From NCBI GenBank assembly GCA_963682165.1, contig OY821666.1, positions 580,771-644,770 on the forward strand: a stretch of 64,000 nt of DNA. Direction: 5' to 3'. Positions 61,260 through 64,000 of the stretch are shown in pieces. The position numbers and the translations under genes are program-made. The notes beneath the pieces are model-generated. The model did not search any database. It saw only the letters and a program-made list of their open reading frames with translations, and was not told the DNA's origin. The stretch is from an uncultured Psychromonas sp. GTDB lineage: Bacteria; Pseudomonadota; Gammaproteobacteria; Enterobacterales; Psychromonadaceae. The first letter of the stretch is position 1. Each line of letters starts with the position of its first letter.

Positions 61260-62837
61260 TTATACGAGCAGAGCATTCTCAGGCTCAGTATGCACTCGTT
61301 TACTGAACAAGCGTTTCGGCGGAGCCATCGAAAAACTCTGTGGCTTTGAAGACCAAACAACACCATCCCTTGGGCCAATACCAGATTTAGATTGAGTTGA
61401 CTCGTTATTAAGTTGGAAAGCAAAACTCCATGAGCCACATGCTCCTTGGTTGCAATTAATACCGATACCCACCAATTGATACTCTTTAGATCCTGTTGGC
61501 GCCGGCAGGGTAACCGTTATGTTCTTTGCAGAAACATTGCTGATAAACGCAGGACCTGTGTAAGAATTCTCTTTAATAGAAATACATACAGTTCGCGGTT
61601 TATTGTCTGCGTAATTCAATTGAGCTACTACATAACTAGTGCCGGAAGACGTGTATGCAACGAGTAGCAATTGATTATCGCAATTGGTCACGTTAATCGT
61701 CGCTAATGTTGGTAACCCTTTACCGGTACCGCCCTTTGTATCTACATCTTCTAACCATTGAGTCAATTCATCTTTTATTTTTGTTGAGCCTTGCAGATCT
61801 TTAAGGCTATTTTGCAGACGTGCTAACGAGAGGCCATAATCTGGCCGATAGGAGATTTCCCGAAACGACATGAGCTCTTCCACGACATAGTTGGCAAGCT
61901 CAGAACTGTTCGATGAGCCAGCACAAAATTTTTCGGCTGCATTTACAAACTCTTGCTGAGGATTATAATTTTCTTTTTCACTGTAAATCTTTGGTAAAGT
62001 CGACAAGGGTATTTGTGATAAGTAAGGTTGAATCATTGGGTTCGCAAAATGCCCGTTAATATGATCCGCTAATTGGTAAGATCTGCCAGTAAAGGGAAAT
62101 ACATTAGCCGCGGATTGGATCATCCATGAGGGATCATTAACTGGATAGTTATCCCAAATAGTAATTGGCCTTTTAAACTTAGCATTAATATCCTTAATTT
62201 CTTCAATGCTAAATCCGTTAGGAATGACTTCACTACCAGTCCAAAAGATACCAATTCGAGGATCTATTGTGCCAAAATCTTCCAAGTAATTTTTTGGCAT
62301 TGGCCCTAAGAGGTTGGTGATAATTGGCGATAAAGAATAATAGCTAGGTACAACATAAAATTGAGTTTTAGAATTAATGTTAAGCTGTAACGTTTGTATA
62401 TATTCTGTAACATTTTTTTGTATACCAGCAAGCTTGGTGCCTGTACGTGCAACCACATCACCAGAAATATCATCAAAACCAACGGTTAAAACATCTAAAT
62501 TAAGTTGTTTAAATTGTTCACCGGCAATCCTTTGTTTGAGTGCTTGTTGTATTGTGCTGTCATATTTATCAACATTGTAAGGGCTAAATGCCATGCCAAA
62601 GTCAACATTAGCCGCTTTAAATGCCGCCCTTACTCTTAATAAGCTTTGAAATTTGTCTATTGGCCAATCTTCTTGCCAATTTTTTCGCAGATAATTATCT
62701 TTTTTCGGACCGTAAATAAATGTATTTAAGTTGTTGTTTTTACAAAAACTCGCATATTCAATCAAGGTGTATTCAGACCACTTGGTACCGTAATAACCCA
62801 TAATTATTCCACATAATGGAGTGGTAGACTTTAGCAT
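61260..62837 (-). CDS. GH84 beta-N-acetylglucosaminidase (O-GlcNAcase-like) with an unknown C-terminal domain
   Basis: GIIMGYYG, FIYGPKKDNYLR, FDD catalytic pair, FWTG, IWDNYPVND and NPM. Confidence 0.82.
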   Translation of the reverse strand: MLKSTTPLCGIIMGYYGTKWSEYTLIEYASFCKNNNLNTFIYGPKKDNYLRKNWQEDWPIDKFQSLLRVRAAFKAANVDFGMAFSPYNVDKYDSTIQQALKQRIAGEQFKQLNLDVLTVGFDDISGDVVARTGTKLAGIQKNVTEYIQTLQLNINSKTQFYVVPSYYSLSPIITNLLGPMPKNYLEDFGTIDPRIGIFWTGSEVIPNGFSIEEIKDINAKFKRPITIWDNYPVNDPSWMIQSAANVFPFTGRSYQLADHINGHFANPMIQPYLSQIPLSTLPKIYSEKENYNPQQEFVNAAEKFCAGSSNSSELANYVVEELMSFREISYRPDYGLSLARLQNSLKDLQGSTKIKDELTQWLEDVDTKGGTGKGLPTLATINVTNCDNQLLLVAYTSSGTSYVVAQLNYADNKPRTVCISIKENSYTGPAFISNVSAKNITVTLPAPTGSKEYQLVGIGINCNQGACGSWSFAFQLNNESTQSKSGIGPRDGVVWSSKPQSFSMAPPKRLFSKRVHTEPENALLV

Positions 62838-63421
62838 AATTATTCCTCTAGTTTAATTAATTGATAGCTATTACAATATTTCAATACGCTTACTTATTCG
62901 CTCAAATAATTGTAACACTTATTGTTTTTGTTCATCATAATAAGCCCCTCATTCTACAGTGATTCAGCTGTATAATTTTCGATGGTACTCGTGTTTTAAT
63001 GATTTAATAATGATTATAAAAACACAATTTCTGACAGTCCATGCATTAAGTCGCAGGATCTGCTTTTCAAGCTGACAGCTACTCGCAATTTCCCTTCATT
63101 AGTATCAATCGAACATAGTGATTGTACTATAGGTTTTAGCAAAGGTAACTATGTCATGTATATTATGTGAGCCAAGATGAGTAAAATAATTTGTTAATTT
63201 TTTTGTTGCCATGATTTGCATGGTAATATCCTCATGTTACCTTAGCTGATTAAATGTTGCTAGCTCTGGCTAGAATTACGTAGATAATTATTTTTGTTCT
63301 GTTTGAAGTTTTTTTTAACAAAGTGGCTAGAAAAGCAGATAATATTATAATGAGTAAATTGATTTATAAGCCCAAGTTACCTTGTGAACGTTGCACTTTG
63401 ACATGACATTAGTATAGAAAG

Positions 63422-63469
63422 TGGCAGGGGTGGAGAGATTCGAACTCCCAATATTCGGATTTGAAATCC
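63422..63469 (-). pseudogene. 3' half of a tRNA-Trp gene (probable att remnant)
   Basis: Minus strand GGATTTCAAATCCGAATATTGGGAGTTCGAATCTCTCCACCCCTGCCA matches the T-arm and acceptor of gammaproteobacterial tRNA-Trp; no D-arm or 5' acceptor strand. Confidence 0.75.
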
Positions 63470-63640
63470 TTTGTAATCTTAATAGATCTACTTACATTAA
63501 CTTAATACTACTGCCATTAACTTAGGCTTGATGTTTACTCCAATAGCATTAAATTGTATCCAATTAGCCACTAAATATAGCCTCTTTTGATAATCACTGT
63601 AAGCTTGATACTGTTATTTAGGCCATCTATCGATGTGATT

Positions 63641-63700
63641 GCATAAAAAGCATAAAAAGCATAAAAAGCATAAAAAGCATAAAAAGCATAAAAAGCATAA
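63641..63700. repeat. 9-bp tandem repeat GCATAAAAA x6.7
   Basis: Direct reading. Confidence 0.95.
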
Positions 63701-63879
63701 TAATAAAGAAAAATGAAATTTTCTTCACAAGCCTAATTTTAGTTAAAAGTTGCCTAGTGACGAGTAATTAGGTACAATTCTTAGGTATAATTCGTTGTAC
63801 ACTACGTTGTACAGATCTAACTGACAAGCTTGCTAGCGACTCCAAACTTAAATAAACCCATATTAATTGAAGGACATTT

Positions 63880-64000
63880 ATGAGAAAATTATTTTTATCC
63901 GCGCTAATACCGATAGTTTTACTTATAAATGGTTGTGAGAGTTCTAAAAATGGTTGTGATAGTTCTAAAAATGAGAACTATATTCCATTAATGAGCAGTA
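63880..64000 (+). CDS. Putative lipoprotein, N-terminus only (MRKLFLSALIPIVLLINGCESSKNGCDSSKN...)
   Basis: AAGGA RBS; lipobox-like LINGC; 21-bp tandem duplication; runs off the window. Confidence 0.55.
   Translation, partial: MRKLFLSALIPIVLLINGCESSKNGCDSSKNENYIPLMSS

Noticed and set aside
62860-63400. Possible degraded toxin gene upstream of the GH84 gene
   Set aside because: Only short, stop-riddled frames with no motif I can support
63422-63469. Functional opal-suppressor or Sec tRNA (TCA at the anticodon position)
   Set aside because: The 5' half (acceptor strand, D-arm) is missing and the anticodon stem is mismatched; it is best read as a mutated tRNA-Trp fragment

Overview
64 kb of a low-GC marine gammaproteobacterial chromosome. 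Gene order and codon style suggest Alteromonadales, possibly Psychromonas (inference). The core genes are trkH, hemG, nagA, barA, rlmD, xapA, relA, rraA, pyrBI, cca, exeAB, pit and glnE. The normally adjacent rlmD and relA are separated by about 23.5 kb, most of it a minus-strand integron cassette array (about 10.4-31.2 kb) with no intI in the window (CALIN-like). Its cassettes are rich in defence/addiction genes: three TA pairs, a C5-methyltransferase plus GHKL-ATPase/nuclease pair, two HEPN proteins and a RelA/SpoT-domain protein. The array also carries nested attC-associated parasites: IS91-like (tyrosine recombinase + Y2 HUH transposase) elements, class C group II intron remnants, REP/RAYT remnants and MITEs. 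The most notable signal is that the IS91-like element appears to insert at the attC R'' GT|T position and to carry a constant terminal hairpin that rebuilds an attC for the interrupted cassette. There are also unusually long (about 180 bp) tandem attC units with both expanded and collapsed forms. The remainder holds an abundant TATACCC-ended MITE family, three tandem secreted Sel1 genes, a duplicated ExeA ATPase, an S66 peptidase pseudogene, a GH84 enzyme, VNTRs and a tRNA-Trp 3' remnant (probable att site). All assignments come from motifs and alignments read by eye; no database searches were run.
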